DNA of 64,000 nucleotides, from contig CAVVJB010000009.1 of the NCBI GenBank assembly GCA_963748465.1, positions 224,713 to 288,712 on the forward strand, in the 5' to 3' direction. The position numbers and the translations under genes are program-made. A model generated the notes under the pieces. That model worked only from the letters and a program-made list of their open reading frames with translations. It had not been told where the DNA came from and made no database searches. Below are positions 19,256 through 29,330 of the stretch, one piece after another; the stretch's first letter is position 1, and the number at the start of each line of letters is the position of its first letter. This stretch comes from an uncultured Gammaproteobacteria bacterium. GTDB lineage: Bacteria > Pseudomonadota > Gammaproteobacteria > Steroidobacterales > Steroidobacteraceae.

Positions 19256-19504
19256 ATGCGCGCTAACTTTGCGGTCGGGATGCTGGCGGTCGTGGCCGCG
19301 CTCGCAGGCTGCGGCGGATCGGACAAGCCCGAGGAAGACGAACCGATGAAGGTCGAGGATACCGCCTTCGGGCCGCTGGTCGGCACGCAGGACAAGGCGC
19401 GCGACCGGGCGAACGCGGCCGTCGAAGTGCGCCGTGAGAACCTGGACGACCGCCTCGAGCAGGACGAAGGCGACAGCCGCAAAGAAGAGCCCGCCAAGGA
19501 CTGA
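19256..19504 (+). CDS. small acidic lipoprotein, unknown function
   Basis: GGGAGG 7 nt upstream of the ATG. Lipobox LAGC in MRANFAVGMLAVVAALAGCGG. Confidence 0.5.
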   Translation: MRANFAVGMLAVVAALAGCGGSDKPEEDEPMKVEDTAFGPLVGTQDKARDRANAAVEVRRENLDDRLEQDEGDSRKEEPAKD

Positions 19505-19516
19505 GCCGGCCTGCAC

Positions 19517-21961
19517 GTGAACCGCACCCTCATGTGGATGCTGCGCGGCGCCATGCGCGTGTTCGTGCGCCCGACCGTCGTGCCGGAGGACGCCCTCGCG
19601 CGATTGCACGGCCGTGCGCGGCCGCTCGTGTACGTGCTGGAGGAACGCAGCACCTCGGACCTGCTCGCGCTCGAGATCGCGTGCATGGACGGCGCGCTCC
19701 GGCGCCCGGGCAAGCGCCTCAAGTTGCGCAGCTTCGACCTGCCGCACTCGGCGGTCGCGCTCGAGCGCCGCGCCGGCGTGCTGCGCCGGCGCGCAGACCG
19801 CCGCACGCCGCCGGAGCTCGCGCGCGCCGTGGCGGCCGCGGTTGCCGATCCCGTCCTCGAACTCGACGTCGTGCCCGTCGCCGTCTACTGGGGTCGCGCG
19901 CCGCAGCGGGAGAAATCCTTCCTCGGCATGCTGTTCTCCGAGAACTGGGCATTCGTGGGCCCGTTCCGCCGCCTGCTGTCGATCGTCTTCAACGGACGCG
20001 GCACGCTGATCCGCTTCGGCGAGCCGCGCCCGATCCAGGGCTATGCGGCCGCGGGGCCCGACGGCTCGCGCGGCGCACGCAAGCTGCTCAAGGACATGCG
20101 CGCGGAGTTCCGCCACATGCGCGTGGACACGCTCGGGCCGGACCTGTCGCGGCAACGGGCGATCATCGCGCAGGTGCTGCGCACCAGGGCCGTGCGCCAG
20201 GCCGTGCGCCAGGAGATCCGCGACACGAAGCGCACGCGCCGCGAAGGGCTGCTGGTCGCGCGCAGGCACGCGCTGGAGATCGCCGCGAACTACTCGCACA
20301 CCTTCGTGCGCATCGCGGATCGCATCCTCAGCCGATTCCTGACCCGGGTCTACGACGGCATCGAGGTGCGGAATGCCGAGTACCTCGACAGGTTGCCGCC
20401 AGCCTGCGAGATCGTCTACATGCCCTGCCACCGGAGCCACGTCGACTATCTGCTGCTGTCGTACGTGATCTACAAGCGCGGCTACGCCGTGCCTTACGTG
20501 GCCGCGGGCGTGAACCTGAACCTCCCGGTCATCGGCCGCCTGCTGCGCAAGGGCGGCGCATTCTTCATCCGCCGCAGCTTCCGCGGCTCGGGCCTGTACC
20601 CGATCGTGTTCATGAAGTACGTCGACGTGATGATGAACCGGGGCCACCCGATCGAGTTCTTCATCGAGGGCGGGCGCAGCCGCACCGGCCGCCTGCTGCG
20701 CCCGCGCACCGGGATGCTCAGCATGACCGTGCGCAGTTTCCTGCGCGACACGCGCCGCCCGGTCGCGTACGTGCCGGTCTATTTCGGCTACGACAAGCTG
20801 CTGGAAGGGGAGTCGTACATCGACGAGCTGATGGGGCGCCCGAAGGAGAAGGAGTCGGTGGGCGGACTGTTCGGCGTGCTGCCCGAGCTGCGCAAGCCGC
20901 TCGGGCGCGTCTACGTGGCCTTTGGCGAGCCGCTGCTGCTCGACGCGGTGCTGGATCAGGTCCAGGCCGGCTGGCGCGCAGACGCCGTCGGCGAGGACAC
21001 GCGGCCGGCCTGGTTCGGCGAGGCCGTGGATGCCGTGGCCGCCGAGGTCATGCGGCGAATCAACGCCGCCGCCGCGGTCACGCCGGTGAACCTGCTTGCG
21101 GTCGCACTGCTCGCCGCGCCGCGCCAGGCGATGCTCGAGGCGGACCTCGAGCGCCAGCTCCAGCTCTACATCGACCTGCTGAAGTCGTTTCCCTATTCAC
21201 CCGATGTCTCGGTCGCCGGGGCGGACGGCGCAGCCATCATCCGCCAGGTCGAGCTCATGGGCATGCTCGAACGCCGCCCGCATCCCCTCGGCGACGTGCT
21301 GCGTATGGACGAGAAGAACGCGGTGCTCGCCACCTACTATCGCAACAACGTCCTGCACCTTTTCGCGATGCCGTCGCTGGTGGCCTGCGCCTTCCTCAAC
21401 AATGCCGTCATGCGCCACGAGGACATCCAGCGGCTGCTGTGGCGCGTGTATCCCTACATGCGCGCGGAACTCAACCTGCGCTGGCGCGAGGACGAGCTGC
21501 CCGGGGTCGTCGACGGCGTGCTCGCCTCGCTCGAGAAGCTCGGCCTGCTGACGCGCAGCGCCGACGGGTCGACATGGCGGCGCTCGACGACGGGCAGCGC
21601 CGAGGCGGTGCGCCTGTCGGTCCTCGCCCAGGCGACGGTCCAGGCGATCGAGCGCTATTACCTCGCGATCGCGCTGCTGCTCCGCGCCGGGCCCGGCGCG
21701 CTGACGCCCGATGCGCTGGAGCAGCGCTGCGTCGCGATGGCGCAGCGCATGTCCATGCTCTACGGGCTCGCCGCGCCGGAGTTCTTCGACAAGGCCATGT
21801 TCCGCGACTTCATCGACCTGCTGCGACAGCGTGGCGTCGTGCGCCAGGACGGCGAAGGCAAGCTGACCTATGACGATGCGCTCGTCGCCGTCGCCGAGGA
21901 CGCGCGCGTCGTGCTTTCCGAGCAGATCCGCAACAGCATCCTGCAGGTCACGCACAGCTGA
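19517..21961 (+). CDS. plsB: glycerol-3-phosphate 1-O-acyltransferase
   Basis: 814 aa, colinear with E. coli PlsB. HRSHVDYLLLSYV acyltransferase motif and FFIEGGRSRTGRLL. GTG start at 19517. Confidence 0.9.
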   Translation: MNRTLMWMLRGAMRVFVRPTVVPEDALARLHGRARPLVYVLEERSTSDLLALEIACMDGALRRPGKRLKLRSFDLPHSAVALERRAGVLRRRADRRTPPELARAVAAAVADPVLELDVVPVAVYWGRAPQREKSFLGMLFSENWAFVGPFRRLLSIVFNGRGTLIRFGEPRPIQGYAAAGPDGSRGARKLLKDMRAEFRHMRVDTLGPDLSRQRAIIAQVLRTRAVRQAVRQEIRDTKRTRREGLLVARRHALEIAANYSHTFVRIADRILSRFLTRVYDGIEVRNAEYLDRLPPACEIVYMPCHRSHVDYLLLSYVIYKRGYAVPYVAAGVNLNLPVIGRLLRKGGAFFIRRSFRGSGLYPIVFMKYVDVMMNRGHPIEFFIEGGRSRTGRLLRPRTGMLSMTVRSFLRDTRRPVAYVPVYFGYDKLLEGESYIDELMGRPKEKESVGGLFGVLPELRKPLGRVYVAFGEPLLLDAVLDQVQAGWRADAVGEDTRPAWFGEAVDAVAAEVMRRINAAAAVTPVNLLAVALLAAPRQAMLEADLERQLQLYIDLLKSFPYSPDVSVAGADGAAIIRQVELMGMLERRPHPLGDVLRMDEKNAVLATYYRNNVLHLFAMPSLVACAFLNNAVMRHEDIQRLLWRVYPYMRAELNLRWREDELPGVVDGVLASLEKLGLLTRSADGSTWRRSTTGSAEAVRLSVLAQATVQAIERYYLAIALLLRAGPGALTPDALEQRCVAMAQRMSMLYGLAAPEFFDKAMFRDFIDLLRQRGVVRQDGEGKLTYDDALVAVAEDARVVLSEQIRNSILQVTHS

Positions 21962-22047
21962 TCAGCCGCTGCGTTTTGCAGTGCAAAGCCCGAACGCTGA
22001 TATATCCTTGCGCGAAATTCCGACCGGTCCTGGCCCTGGGGAAACAC

Positions 22048-24114
22048 ATGACCAAGACGTTGATTCGACCGCTGCCCGCGCTCGTCGCCGCGATCCTCGC
22101 GCCAGGCGCCGCCCAGGCGATTGATTTCGCGGCTGGCGGCTGGAACGGGAGCTTCGACACGACGTTTTCGTTCGGCCAGATCTGGCGCGACGAAGACCGC
22201 GACCCGCGGCTGATCGGCACCGCCGACGGGGGCACCGGCCGGTCGCCCAACATCGACGACGGAGATCTCAATTACAAGGGCGGCCGGGTCTCGAGCGCGT
22301 ACAAGATGGTCGCGGAGCTGTCGCTCGATCGCGGCGAGAACTTCGGCCTCTTCGTGCGCGGCTCGTTGCTGTACGACGACCTGGTCGAGGACCACGACAC
22401 CGCCCGCACGGAGATCTCGGAATCGGGCAAGGACCTCGCGGGCTCGTACGCCCGGCTGCTGGACGCCTTCGTGTACGGACGCTGGGACGTCGCCGGGCAC
22501 CTGCTCGACGTGCGCGCGGGACGCCAGGTGGTGAACTGGGGCGAGAGCACGTTCATACAGGGCGGCATCAACGGCGCCATCAACCATTTCGACGTCTCGG
22601 CGCTGCGCGTGCCAGGCTCGGAACTGCGCGAAGCCTACCTGCCGCAGGAAATCCTCAAGGTCGGCTTCGGCGTCACCGACAACCTGACGGTGGAGGGCAT
22701 CGGCATATTCGACTGGAACCGCACCCAGCCGGAGCCGGTCGGCACCTATTTCTCGAGCAACGATTTCGTGCCGCGCGGCGGCGAGGAAGTCTTCCTCGGT
22801 TTCGGCGCGTTCTCGGACCAGGGCACCGACTTCAGGCCGCTCGGCGGCCCGTTCATCGAAAATTTCCAGGGCGTGCCGCGCGGCGCGACGATCGAGCCCT
22901 CAGATTCGGGCCAGTACGGCATGGCAGTACGCTGGTACCTGCCGGACTTCGCGCAGGGCACCGAATTCGGCTTCTACTTCGTCAACTATCACAGCAAGCT
23001 GCCGCTGATCAGCGGCCGTACCGGCACGCAGGCCGGCGTCGCGAATTCCCTCGGCACCCTGACCGCGGCCATCGCCACGGCGCAGGGTCTCGCCTCCGGC
23101 CTGCCGCTCGACGCGGCCGTCGCAATTGCCGCGAACGCCGGCGCCAATGCCGCGGCGGCCAATGGCGGCGACCTCTCGCTCGAGACGGCCGCCGGTTACG
23201 CGACGATCGCGGGCAACACCGCGCTCGGCGGCGGCAGCGTCTCGGCGCAGGCCACTGCGCTTGCGACCCACGAGTACGCGCAGACCGCGCGCTACTTCAC
23301 CGAGTACCCGGAGGACATCCAGCTCTTCGGCGTGTCCTTCAACACGCAGCTCGGCATGACCGGCATCGCGCTGCAGGGCGAAGTCTCCTATCGCCAGGAC
23401 GTGCCGCTGCAGTTCGACGACGTCGAGGTCCTGTTCGCGGCGCTGACGCCGTTCGAGGCGGCCGCGCTCGCTGCGCAGGGCATCGCGGTGCCCGCGAGCT
23501 GCACCCCGGAGCTGCCGACGCTCGCGCGCTGCGGGCAGCTCGGCGCATACGGCCCCGACCAGGTCGTCCAGGGCTGGGACGTCTACGACATGTGGCAGGG
23601 CCAGATGACCGCCACCAAGGCATTCCCGCCGATGCTCGGCGCCTCGCAGTTGGTCGCCGTGGCCGAGGCGGGCTATACGCACGTCGCCAGCATGCCCAGC
23701 AAGACCGAGGGAGGCCCGACCGGACAGGGCCTGCGCTTCAATGGACCCGGCACCTCGGTTTCCGGCAACGAGGCGCTCGCCGGCCGGCATTTCGGCGAGG
23801 TCGAGCCCCTCAACCGCTTCGCCGACGCGGACTCCTGGGGCTACCGCGTGGCGCTGAGGCTCGACTACCTGAGCCTTATCGGCGCCTGGAACTTTTCGCC
23901 GCGCTTCGTCTGGTCACAGGACGTCGACGGCACGACGCCGGGCCCGGGCGGCAATTTCGTCGACGGCCGCCGGGGCGCGACCTTCGGCGTGCTGGCGAGC
24001 TACCAGTCGCAGCTCGAGTTCGACGTGAGCTACACGACATTCGACGGCGCCGGCCGCTACAACGAGCTGGGCGACCGTGATTTCCTGGCGGCGAACATCA
24101 AGTACTCGTTCTGA
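22048..24114 (+). CDS. DUF1302-family outer-membrane protein
   Basis: Signal peptide MTKTLIRPLPALVAAILAPGAAQA. Long beta-rich sequence ending in an aromatic residue (..ANIKYSF), typical of OM barrels and of the DUF1302 family. Confidence 0.75.
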   Translation: MTKTLIRPLPALVAAILAPGAAQAIDFAAGGWNGSFDTTFSFGQIWRDEDRDPRLIGTADGGTGRSPNIDDGDLNYKGGRVSSAYKMVAELSLDRGENFGLFVRGSLLYDDLVEDHDTARTEISESGKDLAGSYARLLDAFVYGRWDVAGHLLDVRAGRQVVNWGESTFIQGGINGAINHFDVSALRVPGSELREAYLPQEILKVGFGVTDNLTVEGIGIFDWNRTQPEPVGTYFSSNDFVPRGGEEVFLGFGAFSDQGTDFRPLGGPFIENFQGVPRGATIEPSDSGQYGMAVRWYLPDFAQGTEFGFYFVNYHSKLPLISGRTGTQAGVANSLGTLTAAIATAQGLASGLPLDAAVAIAANAGANAAAANGGDLSLETAAGYATIAGNTALGGGSVSAQATALATHEYAQTARYFTEYPEDIQLFGVSFNTQLGMTGIALQGEVSYRQDVPLQFDDVEVLFAALTPFEAAALAAQGIAVPASCTPELPTLARCGQLGAYGPDQVVQGWDVYDMWQGQMTATKAFPPMLGASQLVAVAEAGYTHVASMPSKTEGGPTGQGLRFNGPGTSVSGNEALAGRHFGEVEPLNRFADADSWGYRVALRLDYLSLIGAWNFSPRFVWSQDVDGTTPGPGGNFVDGRRGATFGVLASYQSQLEFDVSYTTFDGAGRYNELGDRDFLAANIKYSF

Positions 24115-24133
24115 CCCGGGGCGGAGGAAAGCC

Positions 24134-25498
24134 ATGAAGAAGCTGAAGTACATCCTCGGTGCCGGAGTCCTCGCCGCCGGAGCGCTCGGGCTCGCGGCCG
24201 CCGTGTCCGCCCAGGGCATCGGCGCGGACCTGACGCCGATGGGCGCGGAGAAGGCGGCGAACGCCGCCGGCACGATCCCGGCGTGGAACGGCGGGCTGAA
24301 GTCGGCGGCCGACGCCGGCGCGCCCGGGTTCAAGTCGGGCGGGCATCATCCGGATCCGTTCGCCGCCGACAAGCCGCTTTACAAGATCGACGCAACGAAC
24401 GCCTCCCAGTACGCGGCCAACCTGACCGCGGGGCACAAGGCGCTTCTCGCCGCGTACAAGGGCAGCTACTTCCTGAACGTCTACCCGTCGCGCCGCAGTG
24501 CCGCCTTCCCGCAGCGCATTTACGACGCGGTCAAGGCCAACGCCGCTTCCGCGAAGCTGACGGGCAGCGGCAACGGCGTCACCGGCGCGATCGGCGGCCC
24601 GCCGTTCCCGGTGCCGAAGACCGGCGTCGAGGTCATCTGGAACCACATCCTGCGTTACCGCGCGGACATCGCGGAGCGCGTGATCGGCCAGGCGGCGGTG
24701 ACCCGCGCCGGCAGCTACAACATGGTCAAGTTCCACGACGAGACCTACGTCGGCTATGCGCTGCCCGGCGCGACCGAGGCGGCGCTCGACAACGTGATCC
24801 TCTACTTCATCCAGGAAACCGTCGCGCCGGCGCGGCTCGCCGGCGAGATCCTGCTGGTGCACGAGACGCTCGACCAGACCAGGGAACATCGCAAGGCCTG
24901 GCTGTACAACCCGGGCCAGCGCCGCGTACGCCGCGCGCCCAACGTCGCGTTCGACAACCCGGGTACCGGCTCGGACGGCCTGCGCACGTCCGACCAGTTC
25001 GACATCTACAACGGCAGCCCCGAGCGGTACGACTGGAAGCTGGTCGGCAAGCAGGAAATCGTCGTCCCGTACAACGCCTATCCGCTGCACAGCAACAAGC
25101 TGAAGAACGGGGACATCCTGAAGCCGCTGCACATCAACCAGCAGCACGCGCGCTACGAGCTGCACCGGGTTTGGGTCGTGGACGCGACGCTGAAGCCCGG
25201 CCAGCGCCACATCTACAAGCGCCGCACCTTCTACGTCGACGAGGATTCGTGGCAGATCCTGGTGGTCGACTGCTACGACAACCGCGACCAGCTCTGGCGC
25301 GTGCAGGAAGGCCATTCGATCAACTATTACGAGATCCCGACCTTCTGGACCACGCTCGAGACGACCTACGACCTCCAGTCCGGCCGCTACCTCGCGCTCG
25401 GCCTCGACAACGAGGAACCGGTGACGGTCAACTTCAATGCCAGGAAGACGGCCGCCGACTTCACGCCGGCCGCGATCGCCAACCGCGGCACGCGCTAG
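24134..25498 (+). CDS. DUF1329-family periplasmic protein (LolA-like lipoprotein-sorting fold)
   Basis: GGAGGA upstream. Signal peptide MKKLKYILGAGVLAAGALGLAAAVSAQG. Family-typical LTPMGAEKAANAAGTIPAWNGGL. Confidence 0.75.
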   Translation: MKKLKYILGAGVLAAGALGLAAAVSAQGIGADLTPMGAEKAANAAGTIPAWNGGLKSAADAGAPGFKSGGHHPDPFAADKPLYKIDATNASQYAANLTAGHKALLAAYKGSYFLNVYPSRRSAAFPQRIYDAVKANAASAKLTGSGNGVTGAIGGPPFPVPKTGVEVIWNHILRYRADIAERVIGQAAVTRAGSYNMVKFHDETYVGYALPGATEAALDNVILYFIQETVAPARLAGEILLVHETLDQTREHRKAWLYNPGQRRVRRAPNVAFDNPGTGSDGLRTSDQFDIYNGSPERYDWKLVGKQEIVVPYNAYPLHSNKLKNGDILKPLHINQQHARYELHRVWVVDATLKPGQRHIYKRRTFYVDEDSWQILVVDCYDNRDQLWRVQEGHSINYYEIPTFWTTLETTYDLQSGRYLALGLDNEEPVTVNFNARKTAADFTPAAIANRGTR

Positions 25499-25517
25499 GC
25501 CGAGGCCGGGGCTGCGC

Positions 25518-26549
25518 TTGAGGCTCGCGCTCGCGGCGTTCGCCCTCGCGTTGGCGGCACCGGCGCCTGGCCAGGACGCGGCGCCGGAGGATCCGGCCGC
25601 GCGACCCGCGGTCATCGCCCCGCTCGCCGTCCGCTCGTTGCTGCTCGACGTCGCCTGGGCCGGCAAGCGTGTCGTCGCGGTGGGCGAGCGCGGGCACATC
25701 CTCCACTCCGCGGATGCCGGTCGCACCTGGACGCAGTCGCCGGTCCCGGCGAGCGCCAACCTGACCGCCGTGTATTTCGCCGATGCGCAGCACGGCTGGG
25801 CCGTCGGCCACGTGGAGACCATCCTGCGCACGCGGGACGGGGGCGATTCCTGGGAACTCGTCCACTTCGAGCCGGAGAGCCCGCAGCCGCTCCTCGACGT
25901 CGCCTTTGCGGACGCGATGCGTGGCGTCGCCGTCGGCGCGTACGGCGTCATCTACGTGACGACGGACGGCGGCGCGGTGTGGAGCCAGGTGCCGTTCGAG
26001 CCGGCGCCGCTGCCCGGCGCCGCGAAGGTCGAGGCGGCGGTGGACGAGATGGAGGCCGACGTGGACCTCGGCTTCGAGTTCCACCTGAATGCGATCACCG
26101 CCGGGCCGCCGGGGCGCATGTACCTCGGCGCGGAAGCGGGGCGGCTGTTCCGCTCCGACGACGACGGCGCGAGCTGGCGTGAGCTGCCGTCGCCCTACGA
26201 CGGCTCGTTCCACGGGGTCCTCGCGCTCGATGGCGACGTGCTGCTCGCCTTCGGCCTGCGCGGCAACCTGTTCCGGTCGGAGGACGGTGGCGCGACCTGG
26301 GCCGCGATTCCGACCGGCACGACGGCGCTGCTCGACGCCGGCGCGCGCGTCGGCCCGGAAACCGTCGTCGTCGCGGGCACCGCGGGCGTGATGCTGGTGA
26401 GCCGCGACGGCGGGCGTAGCTTCGAGCTCTCCCAGCAGGACGACCGCAAGGCGATCGCCGCCATCGTGGCCTCGGGCGACGGCGACCTGGTCGTGGCGGG
26501 CGAGGGTGGCGTGCGGCGCCTGCCGCTGCCGGGCGCCGGCGCGCCATGA
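25518..26549 (+). CDS. BNR/Ycf48-like beta-propeller protein, exported
   Basis: TTG start at 25518 gives the signal peptide (M)RLALAAFALALAAPAPG. Repeated S-x-D-x-G-x-T/S-W motifs (SADAGRTW, TRDGGDSW, TTDGGAVW, SDDDGASW, SEDGGATW). Confidence 0.7.
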   Translation: MRLALAAFALALAAPAPGQDAAPEDPAARPAVIAPLAVRSLLLDVAWAGKRVVAVGERGHILHSADAGRTWTQSPVPASANLTAVYFADAQHGWAVGHVETILRTRDGGDSWELVHFEPESPQPLLDVAFADAMRGVAVGAYGVIYVTTDGGAVWSQVPFEPAPLPGAAKVEAAVDEMEADVDLGFEFHLNAITAGPPGRMYLGAEAGRLFRSDDDGASWRELPSPYDGSFHGVLALDGDVLLAFGLRGNLFRSEDGGATWAAIPTGTTALLDAGARVGPETVVVAGTAGVMLVSRDGGRSFELSQQDDRKAIAAIVASGDGDLVVAGEGGVRRLPLPGAGAP

Positions 26550-28909
26550 GGGAATCCGGCGACCAGCGTATCGCGGCCTGGCTCGAGCCCCATGTCTTCG
26601 GCCACCGCGCGATCATCCTCGCGGCCTTCGCGGTGGTGACGATCGCGCTCGGCTGGGTCGCGGTGACGGGCCTCAAGCTCGACACCAACTTCAACAAGCA
26701 GTTGCCGCTCGAGCACGAGTACATCCGCACCTACCTCGACCACAAGGAGGAGTTCGGCGGGGCCAACCGGCTGCTGATCGCCGTCGTCGCGCGCGACGGC
26801 AACATGTTCACGCCGGAGTTCTTCCAGGCGCTGAAGGTCGCGACCGACGAGGTCTTCTTCATCAAGGGCGTGGACCGCGCGCGGGTGCAGTCGCTCTGGA
26901 CGCCGAACACGCGCTACACCGAGGTCGTGGAGGGCGGCATCGAGGCCGGCGACGTGATCCCCTCGGACTTCCAGCCGGACGCCGAGGGGCTCGCGCGCGT
27001 GCGCGAGAACATCCTGAAGGCCGGGATCGTGGGGCGCCTGGTGGCGAACGACTTCTCCGGCGCGATGGTGAGCGCCCAGCTCGTGGACGCGGATCCCGAG
27101 ACCGGCCTGCCGGTCGACTACATCGCCGTCTCCAGGGAGCTCGAGGAGAAGGTCCGCGCCCGCATCGAGCGCGACAAGGTCGACATCGCGGTGCAGGCCC
27201 CGGTCTCCGTGCACATGATCGGCTTCGCCAAGGTCGTGGGCGACGTCGCCGACGGCGCGCTGTCGGTCGTGACGTTCGCGGTCGTGACCGTCGCGCTCAC
27301 GCTGCTGCTGGTGTGGATCTACATCCAGTCCTTCCGGATCGCACTGGTGCCGGTGGTGTCCTCGCTGGTCGCCATGGTGTGGATGCTCGGCCTCCTCGTG
27401 CTGCTGGGCTACGGGGTGGACCCGCTCGGAATCCTGGTCCCGTTCATCATCTTCGCGATCGGAACCAGCCACGGCGTGCAGAAGATCAGCGCCGTGAGCG
27501 ACGCCGCGATGAGCGGCGCCGACAGCAACGAGGCCGCGCGCCGGACCTTCCGGCTGCTGTTCCTGCCGGCGATCATCGCCCTGCTCGCGAACCTGGTCGG
27601 CTTCATCACCATCCTGCTGATCCCGGTGCAGGTGATCCGCGAGATGGCGGTGACGGCGAGCCTCGGCATCGGCGTCATCATCCTGACCGACCTGGTCCTG
27701 CTTCCCGTTCTGGTGTCGTACGTGCCGATCACCGGCCGCTTCCGCGACCGCGTCGCGAGACGCCAGCACGCCCTTCAGGGCGTCTGGGAGCGGCTCGCGC
27801 GCATCACGCATCGCGGGCCCGCGGCCGTCATCATCGCCATCGCGGCGGTGCTCGGCGTGCTGGGCGCGATCAAGGGCCTCGAGACGCCGATCGGCGACAC
27901 CCAGGCCGGCGTGCCGGAGCTGCGCGCCGATTCGCGCTACAACCGGGACAGCAACCTGATCAGCAGCCGGTTCTCGATCGGCACCGACATCATCAACGTG
28001 ATCGTCGAGACGAAGGCGGACGGCTGCATCAGCTTCCCGATCATCGACGCGATCGACCGCTTCGCCTGGCACATGGCGAACGTCGAGGGCGTGCGCGACG
28101 TCATGTCGCTCGCGGGCGTGTCGAAGGTGGTCAGCGCCGGCTGGAGCGAGGGCAGCCTCAAGTGGCGCAACCTGCCGCGCGACGAGCGCCAGCTGGTCCA
28201 GGCGCAGAACTACATCGAGACCAGCACCGGGCTGCTCAACCGCGACTGCAGCGTGATGCCGGTGATGCTGTTCCTGTCGGACCACCGCGCCGAGACGATC
28301 GAGCGCGTGGTCGCCGAGGTCAGGGCCTACCGCGAGAGGCACCCGACGCCCGAGGTGACCTACCGGCTCGCGACCGGCAACGTCGGCGTCATGGCCGCGC
28401 AGAACGAGGAAGTGAAGGCCAAGGAGTTCGTGATCCTCGGCTGGGTGTTCGCGGCGGTCACCATCATGTGCCTCGTGAACTTCCGCTCGGTGACCGGCAC
28501 CATCATGGTGATCATCCCGCTCGCGCTGGTGTCGATCCTCGTCTATGCCGTGATGGCATTCGTCGGCATCGGCCTCAAGGTCAATACGCTGCCGATGGTC
28601 GCGCTCGGCGCCGGCATCGGCGTCGACTACGGCATCTACCTCTTCAGCCGCATGCAGGAGTTCCTGGACCGCGGCCACAACGTCCACTATTCGTACCTCG
28701 CGGCCCTGCGAGTCACCGGCGCCGCGATCTTCTTCACCGGCGTCACGCTCGCGATCGGCGTCGCGACCTGGGTGTTCTCGCCGCTCAAGTTCCAGGCCGA
28801 CGTGGGCCTGATGCTGACGTTCATGTTCCTCGTGAACATGCTGGGCGCGATGCTGCTGCTGCCGGCGCTGGGTGCGTGGCTGCTGCCGCGGGGCAAGGCC
28901 TCGAAGTAG
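26546..28909 (+). CDS. RND/MMPL-type inner-membrane exporter
   Basis: 787 aa with two 6-TM bundles separated by periplasmic domains. ATGA overlap with the BNR gene. Confidence 0.8.
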   Translation: MRESGDQRIAAWLEPHVFGHRAIILAAFAVVTIALGWVAVTGLKLDTNFNKQLPLEHEYIRTYLDHKEEFGGANRLLIAVVARDGNMFTPEFFQALKVATDEVFFIKGVDRARVQSLWTPNTRYTEVVEGGIEAGDVIPSDFQPDAEGLARVRENILKAGIVGRLVANDFSGAMVSAQLVDADPETGLPVDYIAVSRELEEKVRARIERDKVDIAVQAPVSVHMIGFAKVVGDVADGALSVVTFAVVTVALTLLLVWIYIQSFRIALVPVVSSLVAMVWMLGLLVLLGYGVDPLGILVPFIIFAIGTSHGVQKISAVSDAAMSGADSNEAARRTFRLLFLPAIIALLANLVGFITILLIPVQVIREMAVTASLGIGVIILTDLVLLPVLVSYVPITGRFRDRVARRQHALQGVWERLARITHRGPAAVIIAIAAVLGVLGAIKGLETPIGDTQAGVPELRADSRYNRDSNLISSRFSIGTDIINVIVETKADGCISFPIIDAIDRFAWHMANVEGVRDVMSLAGVSKVVSAGWSEGSLKWRNLPRDERQLVQAQNYIETSTGLLNRDCSVMPVMLFLSDHRAETIERVVAEVRAYRERHPTPEVTYRLATGNVGVMAAQNEEVKAKEFVILGWVFAAVTIMCLVNFRSVTGTIMVIIPLALVSILVYAVMAFVGIGLKVNTLPMVALGAGIGVDYGIYLFSRMQEFLDRGHNVHYSYLAALRVTGAAIFFTGVTLAIGVATWVFSPLKFQADVGLMLTFMFLVNMLGAMLLLPALGAWLLPRGKASK

Positions 28910-28934
28910 GGTGCCTGCCGGGGCCGCGGATCGG

Positions 28935-29330
28935 CTATTCGAGCGCCGGCCGTCCCCGCAGGGCCTTCTTGACCTTCTGCAGTCTCTTTCCGTCCAGCCG
29001 CCGTGCCTTGGCCGCGCGGCCGGGGCGCGTCTGCTTGCGCGGCTTCGGGACGTGGCGGGCCTGCTCGACCAGGGCCTCCAGCCGCGCGATCGCGTCCCGG
29101 CGATTGGCCTCCTGGCCGCGATGGCGATGCGCCTCGATGACGATCTCGTCGTTCTGCGTGAGCCGGCGGCCCGCGAGGCGGCGCAGCCGCTGCCTGCCTT
29201 CCTCGTCCAGAAGTGACGTCGCGGCGACGAGGAAGCGCAGCTCGCAGGCGCTCGAGACCTTGTTGACGTTCTGGCCGCCGGGACCGGGGCTGCGGACGTA
29301 GGAGAGCGTGTACTCGCCCTCTGGAATCAT
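28935..29330 (-). CDS. arfB: alternative ribosome-rescue factor ArfB (YaeJ-type peptidyl-tRNA hydrolase)
   Basis: 131 aa from MIPEGEYTL. GGQ motif GPGGQNVNKV and basic C-terminal tail. In the sequence as given it lies in frame with the upstream MscS ORF, with no intervening stop. Confidence 0.85.
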   Translation of the reverse strand: MIPEGEYTLSYVRSPGPGGQNVNKVSSACELRFLVAATSLLDEEGRQRLRRLAGRRLTQNDEIVIEAHRHRGQEANRRDAIARLEALVEQARHVPKPRKQTRPGRAAKARRLDGKRLQKVKKALRGRPALE

